Positions 36,271-45,711 of a stretch of 64,000 bases of DNA are shown here, piece after piece. The notes below the pieces were generated by a model. The model was not told where the DNA came from. It worked only from the letters and a program-made list of their open reading frames with translations, and ran no database searches. This DNA comes from Nitrospinales bacterium (lineage in GTDB: Bacteria; Nitrospinota; Nitrospinia; Nitrospinales; JAJDAT01): the NCBI GenBank assembly GCA_046757665.1, contig JBHHYO010000001.1, forward strand, positions 32,001 through 96,000, in the 5' to 3' direction. Position 1 is the first letter of the stretch, and each line of letters starts with the position of its first letter. Made by a program: the position numbers and the translations under genes.

Positions 36271-37020
36271 CTACAACCCGGTGGGATAGTCGAGAAACTC
36301 GGTCTCGATGCCGAACTGGTCCCGCAAGTGACGGCCCACCGCCAAAACGCCGCCCGTTTCCGTGGCGTAATGGCCCGCCAGAATGAGCACGCATCCACCC
36401 TCGATGGCGTCGTGAAAGTGGTTGTTGGCGCCTTCCCCGGTGATATAGCAATCGAGATTTTCATTGACCGCCTGCTGAATGATATCGCCGGCGCCGCCGG
36501 TGACCAGGCCCAGCGTTTCGACGTCGCCACTGCCGATCACTTTCGCGGGCGCGCCCAGTTTTTCCTCAAGTTCCCGGCCCAGCGTCGCGGCGGAGCGGCG
36601 CGCGATTTTTCCCTTCAAACCGATTTTTATGCCGCCGTACTCGCCGAACGGTTCCCGATTCCGCAAATCCACCTTGTCGGCCAGGGCCTTGTTGTTTCCC
36701 AGGACGGGATGAACATCCAGAGGAATGTGGGCGGAGTACAAGCCGATGTTGGCCCGGATCATGAGCGCCAGCTTTTCGTATAACTTGCCGCGCACCGGCC
36801 GCGCTCCGCCCCAGAACATCCCGTGGTGGACGAAAAGCATGTCGCACTTTTTATCGACCGCCATCCGCAGAGTGGCCAGACAAAGATCGACCGCCAACCC
36901 GATCCTCCTGACCTCGCCGGTGTTCTCCACTTGTAGCCCGTTGAAGGCGTTCGGCGAATCCTCGATGGAACCGATGTTCAGCAAGCCGTCCAGATAATGC
37001 GAAAGCCGTACGATGTCCAT
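36271..37020 (-). CDS. Nif3-like dinuclear metal-centre protein
   Basis: NGLQVE, VHHGMFW, HIPLDVHP..GNN, GHYATE; start at ATG 37020. Confidence 0.9.
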   Translation of the reverse strand: MDIVRLSHYLDGLLNIGSIEDSPNAFNGLQVENTGEVRRIGLAVDLCLATLRMAVDKKCDMLFVHHGMFWGGARPVRGKLYEKLALMIRANIGLYSAHIPLDVHPVLGNNKALADKVDLRNREPFGEYGGIKIGLKGKIARRSAATLGRELEEKLGAPAKVIGSGDVETLGLVTGGAGDIIQQAVNENLDCYITGEGANNHFHDAIEGGCVLILAGHYATETGGVLAVGRHLRDQFGIETEFLDYPTGL

Positions 37021-37050
37021 GGCAAAAAGTATAACCGAAACCCGCCCCGG

Positions 37051-37130
37051 TGTCATCGCGAGTCGCCCTGGGCGGCGTGGCGATCCAGCCTTCTGGATTG
37101 CTTCGTCGGCTGAGCCGCCTCGCAATGACA
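37051..37130. repeat. Palindromic REP/RPE-like element (GTCAT.GCGAG...GATTGCTTCG...CTCGCAATGAC type)
   Basis: Terminal arms tgtcatcgcgag / ctcgcaatgaca (1 mismatch), with internal stems cgatccag/ctggattg and cggct/agccg. Confidence 0.75.
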
Positions 37131-37188
37131 ATCAACCAAGGATACTTGTGCAAAGGTCTCTCAAGGAAGAAGGTTTAGGAAATTTTTT

Positions 37189-37215
37189 CTTCGCGTCCTC
37201 CGCGCCTTTGCGGTT
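37189..37215 (-). repeat. Short nonamer-period repeat (AACCGCAAAGGCGCGGAGGACGCGAAG)
   Basis: Three degenerate 9-nt units, CGCAAAGG / CGCGGAGGA / CGCGAAG, in intergenic DNA. Confidence 0.5.
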
Positions 37216-37226
37216 CCAGATTTTTC

Positions 37227-37251
37227 CCGCCAACCGCCAACGGTCAACAGA
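37227..37251 (+). repeat. Heptamer repeat CAACnGn, same unit family as 4670-4718
   Basis: ccgc-caaccgc-caacggt-caacaga. Confidence 0.55.
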
Positions 37252-37430
37252 CCCTCTATAAATAGCGTACGGTGCAGGGTCCTCCGGGCGCAACGCCTTT
37301 GAATCCGGCAAGTTGAAAAGACAATGGGGGTAGGTGTTCGCCCGCGGAAAACAGGTCACGGAAAAATTATAACCAAATCCGTTACGGACAAAAGTTATTC
37401 GCCAATATCTGTGTCTGGTATCATATTGCG

Positions 37431-37439
37431 TGTTAGAAT
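37431..37439 (+). promoter_or_regulatory. Candidate extended -10 promoter of the Schlafen/ParA pair
   Basis: TGTTAGAAT, about 22 nt upstream of ATG 37462. Confidence 0.35.
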
Positions 37440-37461
37440 TACTGACGATTTGTGGGGGAGA

Positions 37462-38664
37462 ATGGCGAGCGAGGATGGAATGATAAGTCCGGATAAAATT
37501 GAGACGTTAATAAAAAAACCCGAATCCGACCGAATCGAAAAGAAAGAATCGCTGTCGGATAAAGATAAAATCCGCCAAACCATTTGTGCCTTTGCCAACG
37601 ATTTGCCCAATCATGACAAACCCGGTTATTTGTTGGTCGGCATTTGCGATGACGAGACATTTAGCGGTGTTGAAGTTACGGATAAAATTCTGCGGGATTT
37701 GTCTGATTTAAGGTCAGACGGCAATATTCTTCCTCCGCCCGTAATTACGGTGGAAAAAGCCAACGCTCAAGGATATGATGTTGCCGTTGTGGCAGTGCAA
37801 CCTTCAAGATCACCCCCTGTCCGATGTCGGGGGCGAACCTATGTTCGCGTGGGGCCTACGACTCGTGTTGCCAACGGGGAGGAGGAGAGGCGTCTCTCGG
37901 AAAAAAGGAGGCATAAAAATACTCCCTTTGATCAGCAACCTCAAGAAGAAGCCACATTAGATGATCTGGATTTGGAGTTTTTTAATAGAACCTATCTTCC
38001 TGGCGTTGTGGATCGAGAAGCTTTAAGAGCGAATGAACGTTTAGTTGGAGATAGGTTGATTTCTTGCCGCCTGCTGGCTCCCGATGGAAGGACTCCGACT
38101 ATTGCCGGTATACTTATTTTGGGCATTGATCCCAAACGATGGATTCCCGGCGCGTATATCCAGTTTTTGCGTGTGGATGGTTCGGAACTTTCCGATCCGA
38201 TCATTGATTCCAAGGAATTAAGTAGCAACCTGAACTCCCAGGCTTCCCTGGTTGCTGATCTTTTGAAATTAAATATTCACTCCGCCTCGAACGTGGGGAA
38301 GGATTTTCGCAGGCAGGAAACTCTGGATTACCCCGATGAAGCATTGAGAGAGCTTGTTTTTAATGCCCTGATTCATCGAACTTATGAAGGAACCAACGCG
38401 CCAGTCAGAATAAGCTGGTTCGACGATAGGATAGAGATAACAAGTCCAGGTGGATTGTTCGGGAACGTCACTCCGGAAAATTTCGGGCAATTCACCGATT
38501 ATCGAAACCCCACTATTGCGGAAGCCATGAGAGCCTTGGGATATGTTGAAAAATTTGGTGTTGGAGTCCAAAGGGCGAGAAAGCTTCTGGAAAAAAACGG
38601 CAATCCTCCGCCGGATTTTAACTTTGACGAGCAGGCATTTGTCCTGGTTACCGTAAAAAAGTGA
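37462..38664 (+). CDS. Schlafen/AlbA_2 domain fused to HATPase_c_4 (RecG C-terminal-like) domain
   Basis: ESDRIEKKES, ICAFAN, GYLLVGICDD, YVRVGPTT; then YPDEALRELVFNALIHRTY, DDRIEITSPGGL, RNPTIAEAM..GYVEKFGVG. Start is 37462 or 37480. Confidence 0.85.
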   Translation: MASEDGMISPDKIETLIKKPESDRIEKKESLSDKDKIRQTICAFANDLPNHDKPGYLLVGICDDETFSGVEVTDKILRDLSDLRSDGNILPPPVITVEKANAQGYDVAVVAVQPSRSPPVRCRGRTYVRVGPTTRVANGEEERRLSEKRRHKNTPFDQQPQEEATLDDLDLEFFNRTYLPGVVDREALRANERLVGDRLISCRLLAPDGRTPTIAGILILGIDPKRWIPGAYIQFLRVDGSELSDPIIDSKELSSNLNSQASLVADLLKLNIHSASNVGKDFRRQETLDYPDEALRELVFNALIHRTYEGTNAPVRISWFDDRIEITSPGGLFGNVTPENFGQFTDYRNPTIAEAMRALGYVEKFGVGVQRARKLLEKNGNPPPDFNFDEQAFVLVTVKK

Positions 38665-38666
38665 TC

Positions 38667-39665
38667 ATGAAAACACTGGTTTTGTTCAACAATAAGGGAG
38701 GGGTGGGAAAAACCACGCTGGTCTATCATCTGGCGCATATGTTTTCCCGGATGGATTTCAGAACCTTGGCTGTCGATTTGGATCCCCAAGCCAATCTTAC
38801 CAGTGCTTTTCTGGATGAGGACCGCGTGGAAGAGTTATGGGATCCCGACGATGGCGGGGATACCATCTTGGGTTGCCTTAACCCGATCCTCGTCGGAGAG
38901 GGTGGGGTTGCGGAGCCGTCCTTGGAAGAAATTCGCGATAGGCTTTGGATACTTCCTGGTCATTTGGGGTTAAGCCGGTTTGAAGATAAGCTTTCGGAAA
39001 GTTGGCCTAAAGTTTATAACGAAGATATTGCGGCTCTTAAAACGACGACGGCTTTTTATCGAATTATCCTTAAAGCAAGTAAGCAGGTCAATGCGGATGT
39101 GACTCTGATTGATGTCGGGCCAAACCTTGGCGCCATTAATCGGTCCGCAATCTTGGCCGCCGATTATCTTCTTGTGCCCTTGGCCGCCGACCTTTTTTCG
39201 CTTCAGGGTCTTAGGAACTTAGGACCCACCGTTCGAAAATGGAGAAGTCAGTGGCAAGACATGAAAGAAAAAGTTCCCGATGAAATTGAAATACCATCAG
39301 GGACAATGAAACCCATCGGTTATCTTGTGGTCCAGCATGAGGTTCGCAAGGATCGTCCGGTAAAAGCTTTTCTCCGCTGGGCGGATCGAATCCCTGGCGT
39401 TTACTCAAAGGATGTTTTGAGTGAGAAAGATTCACGATCAAGTATTGCTGAAGATCCCAATTGTCTCATTCAACTAAAAAACTTCAAAAGTTTGATGCCA
39501 ATGGCTCAAGATGCCCGCAAACCCATGTTTGAACTTAAAAGCGCCGATGGAGCCATTGGCGGTCATGTCCGATTTGTTGCCGACTGTTATGATGAATTTG
39601 AAAAATTGGCCAGGAAAGTGTTGCAAAAAATCGGCTTGGAAATTTGTCAGCCGAAAGAGCCTTAG
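38667..39665 (+). CDS. ParA/MinD-family ATPase (orphan, no ParB)
   Basis: FNNKGGVGKTT deviant Walker A, DLDPQANLT, IDVGPNLG; starts 2 nt after the upstream stop (alternative GTG at 38661 overlaps it). Confidence 0.9.
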   Translation: MKTLVLFNNKGGVGKTTLVYHLAHMFSRMDFRTLAVDLDPQANLTSAFLDEDRVEELWDPDDGGDTILGCLNPILVGEGGVAEPSLEEIRDRLWILPGHLGLSRFEDKLSESWPKVYNEDIAALKTTTAFYRIILKASKQVNADVTLIDVGPNLGAINRSAILAADYLLVPLAADLFSLQGLRNLGPTVRKWRSQWQDMKEKVPDEIEIPSGTMKPIGYLVVQHEVRKDRPVKAFLRWADRIPGVYSKDVLSEKDSRSSIAEDPNCLIQLKNFKSLMPMAQDARKPMFELKSADGAIGGHVRFVADCYDEFEKLARKVLQKIGLEICQPKEP

Positions 39666-39713
39666 TCCCGATTTCAAGGAAGATGAGATTTTGGCACATG
39701 CTTTTTGGTTACG

Positions 39714-42092
39714 TCAGAACTCGACGAGGGTGACGCCGTCGCCGCCTTCGCCGGGCGGGCCGGGGGTGACGCTTTTGCCGATGCCGCCGCTTTCCAGATA
39801 GTCGCGGACGAATTTCTTGATGGCTCCCGTGCCGTGGCCGTGGATGATTTTGACTTGCCCCATGTTGTTGAGCATGGCCTGATCGATAAAGGATTCCAGG
39901 GCGCGTTTTGCCTCGTCCATCCTCATGCCGCGCAAATCGCAGGTATGTGATTGCGGCGGCGTGGATTCCACGGTCAGGTTGATCGTCGGTTTTGCCGGTT
40001 TGGGCGCGGGAGGGGTTTTGCCGTCGCCGGCGCGGCCGCGCAGGCGTTGGGTCTCGACGCGGGTTTCCAGGTTGCCGAGTTTGACGAGAACCTTCTTTTT
40101 GCCCTGCGGGTTTTCCAGAAGTTTGCCGCGCGCGCCGTAGGTATCGACGACGACGTCCTCGCCCTCCCGGAGTTTGTCGGCGGGAACGTTCCATTCGGAA
40201 AGGTCGGGCCGGACGGCGGCCGGCGGGACGCGGCCCAGCGAACGAACCTGCCGGTCCGCCGCGCGGATTTTTTCCGGATCGCGGGCTCCCTTGATGTCGC
40301 GCAGTATTTTGTGGATCGTGTTCCGAGCGTCACGGACGGTTCCCTGAAGCCGCTTGGCTTTGTTCTTTTGAAACTCCAGTTCCCGGTCGCGCAGGTTTTG
40401 CGTCAGGGTTTGCTGTTCTTCCTTGAGTCGTTGCGTTTCTGCGAGCCGTTCGGCAAGCGATGCCTTTTCTTTCTCCAGGCGCAGTTTTTGATGGCGCAGG
40501 GATTGCAGAAGCGCGTCGGCGCGGGTGTCCTTCTCATCGTAAATGTTGCGGGCTCTGGCGATGATCTCGTGGCTCAGGCCCAGCCGTTCGGCGGTTTCCA
40601 GGGCGGCGCTACCGCCGGGCACGCCGAAGATCAGCTTGTAAGTGGGTTGCAGGGAGTCCCGGTCAAACTCGGTGCAGGCGTTGAGAAACCCTTCCTGGGT
40701 TTGCGCCAGGGTTTTGAGCGCCAGAAAATGCGTGGACACCAGCGTCATCATGCCCTTGCGTTTCAATTCCAGGAGAATGGCCTCGGCCAGCGCCGCGCCC
40801 TGCAAGGGGTCCGTGGCGATTCCCAACTCGTCGAGCAGGACGAGTGAGCCGGGCGGGGCGTGGGTGAGGATGCTGACGATTTTGCCGAGATGCGCGGAAA
40901 AGGTCGAAAGGCTTTGCTGGATGTTTTGTTCGTCGCCGATGTCCGCGTAGACCCGCGGGAAGAATCCGATTTCGGAATCCTCGTCCAGCGGCAGGAGGAG
41001 ACCGGCGCGCGCCATGAGCGCCATCAATCCCACGGTTTTCAGGGTGACCGTTTTGCCGCCGGTGTTGGGTCCGGAAATGATGATGACGCGGCAGGCGTCG
41101 TCCCAGCAAATATCGTTGGCCACCACGTCTTGTCCGTTGAGAAGCAGTTCCGGGTTTCTTGCCCCTTTCAAGCGGACCCGGCACTCGCGGCTGAACGTGA
41201 ACCGCCGGGCTTGCAGGGTTTTTGCCAGCCGGCGTTTGGCGTGAATGAGGTCGAGGTTGACGAGGACGGCGAAATCGGCGAGCAACGGCCGGCTGTGTTC
41301 CACCGCCGTCCGCGCCAGATGGCGCAGGATTCTCAGTTTTTCCTGCTCGACCTTGATGCGGTTGATTTTCAATTGGTTGTTCAGGGGGATCACTTTCGTG
41401 GGTTCCATGTAAAAGGTGGCGCCGCTTCCGGAACTGTCGTGGACGATGCCGTCAATCCGGCCCTTGTATTCCGAGCGGACGGGAAAGACCAGCCGTCCCT
41501 CCCGCTCGGTGGTGTAGGAATCCTGGATGGCGTCCTTGAATTCGGGGCTTCCCAGCAGTTTGTTGACGGACTTGTCCCGTTTGTCCTTGGCCTCGCGGAC
41601 GGCGCGCACCGCTTGTTTCAGTTCCGGGGAAGCGGTGTCTTTTATTTCGCTTTCGTCGCTGATGCAACGTTCCAGTTCCTTGAGAAAATCGGGCAGGAGG
41701 GTCAGGCGGGCGGCGTAGTCGCCGAGCAGGCCGGAGCGTTTGGCGAAAAAACTTTTTATCGATTTCGCCAGGCGCAGGAATTTCAGGATGTGTAGCGCTT
41801 GCTCCGGCTCGAGGATTCCCCGGGCGGCGGCGTCATCGAGAAGCGGGCGGATGTCCTCGAAGGCGCAGAGCGGCGGGGTTTCCGCCGCTTCATCCAGCGC
41901 GGTCATCTCTTCGGTCTCGCGCAGGGCTTTTTGGGCGCCGTCGAAATCGGGTTCGGGGCGGAGGTCAAGGCATCGGTCCCGGGTGGCCGGCGAATAGGCC
42001 AGACCGGCAAGCGCATTGCGGATGATGTCCCAGCCGAGCAGGGCCGTGGATTTCTCCAGCAATTGGCCGTGGTCCGGCGGGGATGGCATCAT
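39714..42092 (-). CDS. mutS2: MutS2 family protein
   Basis: GIVHDSSGSGAT, SGPNTGGKT, DIGDEQ..SLSTFSAH, LLDELG, C-terminal Smr IIHGHGTG. Confidence 0.95.
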   Translation of the reverse strand: MMPSPPDHGQLLEKSTALLGWDIIRNALAGLAYSPATRDRCLDLRPEPDFDGAQKALRETEEMTALDEAAETPPLCAFEDIRPLLDDAAARGILEPEQALHILKFLRLAKSIKSFFAKRSGLLGDYAARLTLLPDFLKELERCISDESEIKDTASPELKQAVRAVREAKDKRDKSVNKLLGSPEFKDAIQDSYTTEREGRLVFPVRSEYKGRIDGIVHDSSGSGATFYMEPTKVIPLNNQLKINRIKVEQEKLRILRHLARTAVEHSRPLLADFAVLVNLDLIHAKRRLAKTLQARRFTFSRECRVRLKGARNPELLLNGQDVVANDICWDDACRVIIISGPNTGGKTVTLKTVGLMALMARAGLLLPLDEDSEIGFFPRVYADIGDEQNIQQSLSTFSAHLGKIVSILTHAPPGSLVLLDELGIATDPLQGAALAEAILLELKRKGMMTLVSTHFLALKTLAQTQEGFLNACTEFDRDSLQPTYKLIFGVPGGSAALETAERLGLSHEIIARARNIYDEKDTRADALLQSLRHQKLRLEKEKASLAERLAETQRLKEEQQTLTQNLRDRELEFQKNKAKRLQGTVRDARNTIHKILRDIKGARDPEKIRAADRQVRSLGRVPPAAVRPDLSEWNVPADKLREGEDVVVDTYGARGKLLENPQGKKKVLVKLGNLETRVETQRLRGRAGDGKTPPAPKPAKPTINLTVESTPPQSHTCDLRGMRMDEAKRALESFIDQAMLNNMGQVKIIHGHGTGAIKKFVRDYLESGGIGKSVTPGPPGEGGDGVTLVEF

Positions 42093-43426
42093 GGCATCCG
42101 CAGGCCGGCGACAGGTTCCTCCAGGGAAACCTCCACCATGGCGTCGAAGAGCAGGCCGGGGTCGCGGCGGGTTTTAAATCCCCTCAGCAATACTCCCATG
42201 TCCCGATCCACTTTTTGGTCGAAGCTGATTTGCGTTTCACCAGGCACCAACCGGTTGCCCCGGTCGATAATCCGTCGGGTGGTGATGCGCACCGGAAGGT
42301 CGAAATCCACCATGCCGGAATTGAGATAGACTTGATAGCGGGTGACGTTTTTTCCCAGGATTTCGATGCGGTTGCCGCCTTTTTGCAACGCAAACAGAGT
42401 GGCGATTTTGCCGTCGCGGACGTTCAGGGGCTCATTTTCCGGCCCGGGAAGTTGCAGGGCGGCGAGATTCACTCCCGCCGTGATGCGAGCCCATTGAATG
42501 GCGTCCAGGTGGTTGCCCTCGCGGGTCATGCGGACGATTTTGGGATTGTGCCGGCGTTTTTGCTGATTCAGCCATTGTAGCAAGCGGGGCACCTCCGGCG
42601 CGGGCAGAAAATGGCCTCCATGCGCCGTTCCCGTTTCTTGGTGCTCCCGGTAAACTACGGAATATTTCAGGTCGGATAAAATTTTGTGCACGCGGCGTTG
42701 ATAGGTGACCGGGAAGACGGGGTCCCTTGCCCCATGGATAATGTAGACGGGGGTGTTGTTCAGGTTGACCAGGAAGGGCATCAGTCTTTCGGTGATGGTT
42801 CCGGCGATGGGAACAATGCCCGCGAAGCGGTCGGGATAAAACATGCCGATCATGAACGTGCCGATGGCGCCGTTGGACAGTCCGGCGAGGAAGACGCGGT
42901 CGCCGTCCACGGGGTAATCCGATTTTGTTTTTTGGATCAATTGTAGTACGATTTCTTCAGCCGGCCGCGCCCACCATGCGCCCATCGGGTAGGAAGGGCA
43001 CAGGATGATGAATTTGTTTTGCAACCGCTCGACCCATTTCCCGATTGTGGAATCCCCCGTGCCGCCCATGCCGTGCAGAATCACGATCATGGGGAAATTC
43101 TCATCCGCGCCGCCCGAAGGCGGGGAAAACAGGGCGTAAGGATAGTTCTTGCCGTTGTGTTCGATGGTGAGGCCGGCTTGCAGTCCGGACGGAGCGCCGG
43201 CGCCATGAGGGCGCTTCCGCAACAGTTCTTTTACGTCTTCATTTCTAATACCATGTTGTTCCAACCTGCTTAACACCCGCGATTCCACTTCCGGGTTCTC
43301 CGCCGATAAAAAAAGGTCGATCTCGGCCTTCAGGGAGTACGGCGCGGGCGTCGGTATTTCCGGCGCTTTCCCCGAATGGCACGCACCGATCAGGAAGAAA
43401 AAAATCAATGAAACAAGCAGTCTCAT
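42089..43426 (-). CDS. Alpha/beta-hydrolase (esterase/peptidase-like), probable lipoprotein
   Basis: Lipobox-like LIGAC, LHGMGG, GLSNGA nucleophile elbow, HGARD, GGH. Confidence 0.75.
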   Translation of the reverse strand: MRLLVSLIFFFLIGACHSGKAPEIPTPAPYSLKAEIDLFLSAENPEVESRVLSRLEQHGIRNEDVKELLRKRPHGAGAPSGLQAGLTIEHNGKNYPYALFSPPSGGADENFPMIVILHGMGGTGDSTIGKWVERLQNKFIILCPSYPMGAWWARPAEEIVLQLIQKTKSDYPVDGDRVFLAGLSNGAIGTFMIGMFYPDRFAGIVPIAGTITERLMPFLVNLNNTPVYIIHGARDPVFPVTYQRRVHKILSDLKYSVVYREHQETGTAHGGHFLPAPEVPRLLQWLNQQKRRHNPKIVRMTREGNHLDAIQWARITAGVNLAALQLPGPENEPLNVRDGKIATLFALQKGGNRIEILGKNVTRYQVYLNSGMVDFDLPVRITTRRIIDRGNRLVPGETQISFDQKVDRDMGVLLRGFKTRRDPGLLFDAMVEVSLEEPVAGLRMP

Positions 43427-43476
43427 ATCTCCAACATAGTGGAATAACCCCTTAATGTAAAGGAGACGGATTGAAA

Positions 43477-45711
43477 ATGCCCGCCAAGTTCAGAGAGCAT
43501 TCGACCGCCTTCGCCGTTTATATTTTTCTCGGCCTCCTGTTCTTCAGGGAAGTGGTTTTTCGCACCCAATGGTTCACGGAAGATTTTTTCATGCAGAATT
43601 TTCCCAGCCGGCATTTTGCGGCGGTGGAAATCAGCCGGGGTTCGGTGCCCTTGTGGAATCCGTACGTCTTCAGCGGCATGCCTTTTTTTGCCGACATACA
43701 AACCGCCGTCCTTTATCCGTTCAATCTTTTGATGTCGCTGGGGGTCGGGGAGGGAGGGCTTTCTTACGCCCTGTTTGAATATCAGGTGATCTTTCATTTC
43801 AGCCTCTGCGGTTATTTCATGTACCTGTTTTTGCGGAGTCTGGACCTGGACGCATGTAGTGCGTTGCTGGGCGGGATGGCGTTTGCGTTCAGCGGATTTT
43901 TCATCAATCATGCGCATCATTCCAACCTGATTCATTCGGCGGTTTGGTTGCCCGCGGTTTTCTATTGTTGCCGGCGGACGTTCACGGGTGCGCCGGGCTG
44001 GATATGGGGTTGCCCGGTTCTGTGGACGGTTTCTTTTTTCGGCGGCCATCCGCAGATGACGCTTTTTATTATCTATGCGTCCTCCGCCTATTATTTTTAC
44101 CTGGCCGCCTGTCGGCGCGAACAAAGGGAACTGAAGCTGTCGCTGTGCCGCTTTGCGCTCGTTGCCGGTTTATTTGTTTTGCTGTCGCTTGTCCAGACAC
44201 TGCCGACGATGGAATTTTTACAGCAGACCGGCCGGAAGACATTGGACTTTGCCGGAGCGACCAAGGACTCGCTTCCCTTGAAAGCGTTGTGGACGTTGTT
44301 TATGCCCGATCTCTTCTTGCCGTCTTACCAGTCCTGGCAGTACTGGGAGTTTCGGTGTTACGCCGGTGTCGGTGTGTTGATGGCGGCGGCGCTGGGAGTG
44401 TCGGTTCGGCCTCTCAAGAAAACAGTGTTCTTTCAAGGGCTGGCGGCGCTTGCCCTGGTTCTTGCCTTGGGAGAAAACACGGCGGCGTACAAGGCGTTTT
44501 TTACGCTGGTGCCCGGATTCGAGTTTTTCCGGGTGCCGGCGCGGTTTGTCTTTTTGTTCCTGTTTGCCGTGTCCGTTCTGGCGGCTTACGGATTTTCCGC
44601 GTTGTTCGGCGCGCAGTCGGGCGATGCCGCTTTCGGGAAAACAAGTATTGCAAAGCGGCTTGCCTGCATCGCGGGCCTGTTCCTGTTGGCGGCGCCCGCG
44701 GCGGTTTTCGTTGCCGGCGACGCCGCCGCGTGGCGGCCGCATTTCTTGACCTATCTTGGCGTTGCCGCCGCCATGCTTGCGGCATTTTCGCTGGCGCTTC
44801 AATACCGCGCGGGACGCGCCATAAAATTTGTCGTTATGGCGTTGATTGTCGCCGACCTCTTTGCTTTTCGCGGCCCGTTCAACCAAACCCGGCTGACGGA
44901 AAATCAAATGCACGCCATGATTTACGAAAACCCCGTCGCCGGGATATTGAGGGGCCAGGAGAAAGGCACCCGGTTCCTCGTCAAAAACGGGTTTCCTGTA
45001 TTTGCCAACATGGGCCAGGTATACAGGATGTCCAACACGTCGGGTTACAACCCTTTTCGGTTGAAGGGGTACGCGACGCTGAATCTGGACAAACCGCAAA
45101 TCGCCAACTTGTTGAGTACGAAATTTCTCGACTTCAAATCCCTGGAACCCCCTCTGGAAAGCAAAAACCATGGCGAAGCGCGCCAGGTGCGGCTGGGGTT
45201 CAGGATCAACAAGGACGCACTGCCGCGCGGTTTTTTCGTCCGCCGCTCCGCCTTCGCCCCTGATTTTAATCTGCAACGGGCGGTCGACAAGGGGGAATTT
45301 GATCCGCTGGATACCGTTTATCTGGAAAAAAAATTTCCAAACGCCAGGGATGAAACTTCCCCTGCGAAGGGTGTGGAATCCTCTCTCCTGCGATACGAAA
45401 ATTCCGGAGACGAAATTTTGATCGATATGAAAAACAATTTGCCGGGTTTTATTTTTGTGTCCGAGGTTTATTATCCGGGTTGGCGGGTTTATGTGAATGG
45501 TCAAGAGAAGGAGGTCCTGCGGGCCAACGGGCTTTTCCGGGCGGTGCGTATTGAGGCGTCCCCCGGCGGAGCGTTGCCGAACCGGATCAAATTCGTTTTT
45601 CAACCCCGGTCGGTTGTTCTGGGCGCGTGGGTTTCCGCGGCGGCCTTTGCCCTGACGCTCCTGGTTTTTGCGATCTCCTTTTTTAGGAAACGGTCAGCCC
45701 GTGAACCCTGA
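43477..45711 (+). CDS. YfhO-family membrane protein (GT-C-like)
   Basis: PLWNPYVFSGMPF..YPFN, GHPQ, RVPARF, SEVYYPGWRVYVNG, RANGLFRAV. Confidence 0.85.
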   Translation: MPAKFREHSTAFAVYIFLGLLFFREVVFRTQWFTEDFFMQNFPSRHFAAVEISRGSVPLWNPYVFSGMPFFADIQTAVLYPFNLLMSLGVGEGGLSYALFEYQVIFHFSLCGYFMYLFLRSLDLDACSALLGGMAFAFSGFFINHAHHSNLIHSAVWLPAVFYCCRRTFTGAPGWIWGCPVLWTVSFFGGHPQMTLFIIYASSAYYFYLAACRREQRELKLSLCRFALVAGLFVLLSLVQTLPTMEFLQQTGRKTLDFAGATKDSLPLKALWTLFMPDLFLPSYQSWQYWEFRCYAGVGVLMAAALGVSVRPLKKTVFFQGLAALALVLALGENTAAYKAFFTLVPGFEFFRVPARFVFLFLFAVSVLAAYGFSALFGAQSGDAAFGKTSIAKRLACIAGLFLLAAPAAVFVAGDAAAWRPHFLTYLGVAAAMLAAFSLALQYRAGRAIKFVVMALIVADLFAFRGPFNQTRLTENQMHAMIYENPVAGILRGQEKGTRFLVKNGFPVFANMGQVYRMSNTSGYNPFRLKGYATLNLDKPQIANLLSTKFLDFKSLEPPLESKNHGEARQVRLGFRINKDALPRGFFVRRSAFAPDFNLQRAVDKGEFDPLDTVYLEKKFPNARDETSPAKGVESSLLRYENSGDEILIDMKNNLPGFIFVSEVYYPGWRVYVNGQEKEVLRANGLFRAVRIEASPGGALPNRIKFVFQPRSVVLGAWVSAAAFALTLLVFAISFFRKRSAREP

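Noticed and set aside
37132-37359. 75-aa minus-strand ORF at the island edge
   Set aside because: Runs through repeat elements, with no RBS or recognisable motif; a gene remnant cannot be excluded.
38667-39665. Plasmid or prophage partition locus
   Set aside because: No parB, rep, integrase or phage genes nearby, and no att repeats found by eye.
39690-39710. TTGGCAC resembling a sigma54 -24 box
   Set aside because: No GC at the -12 position, and it lies between convergent genes.
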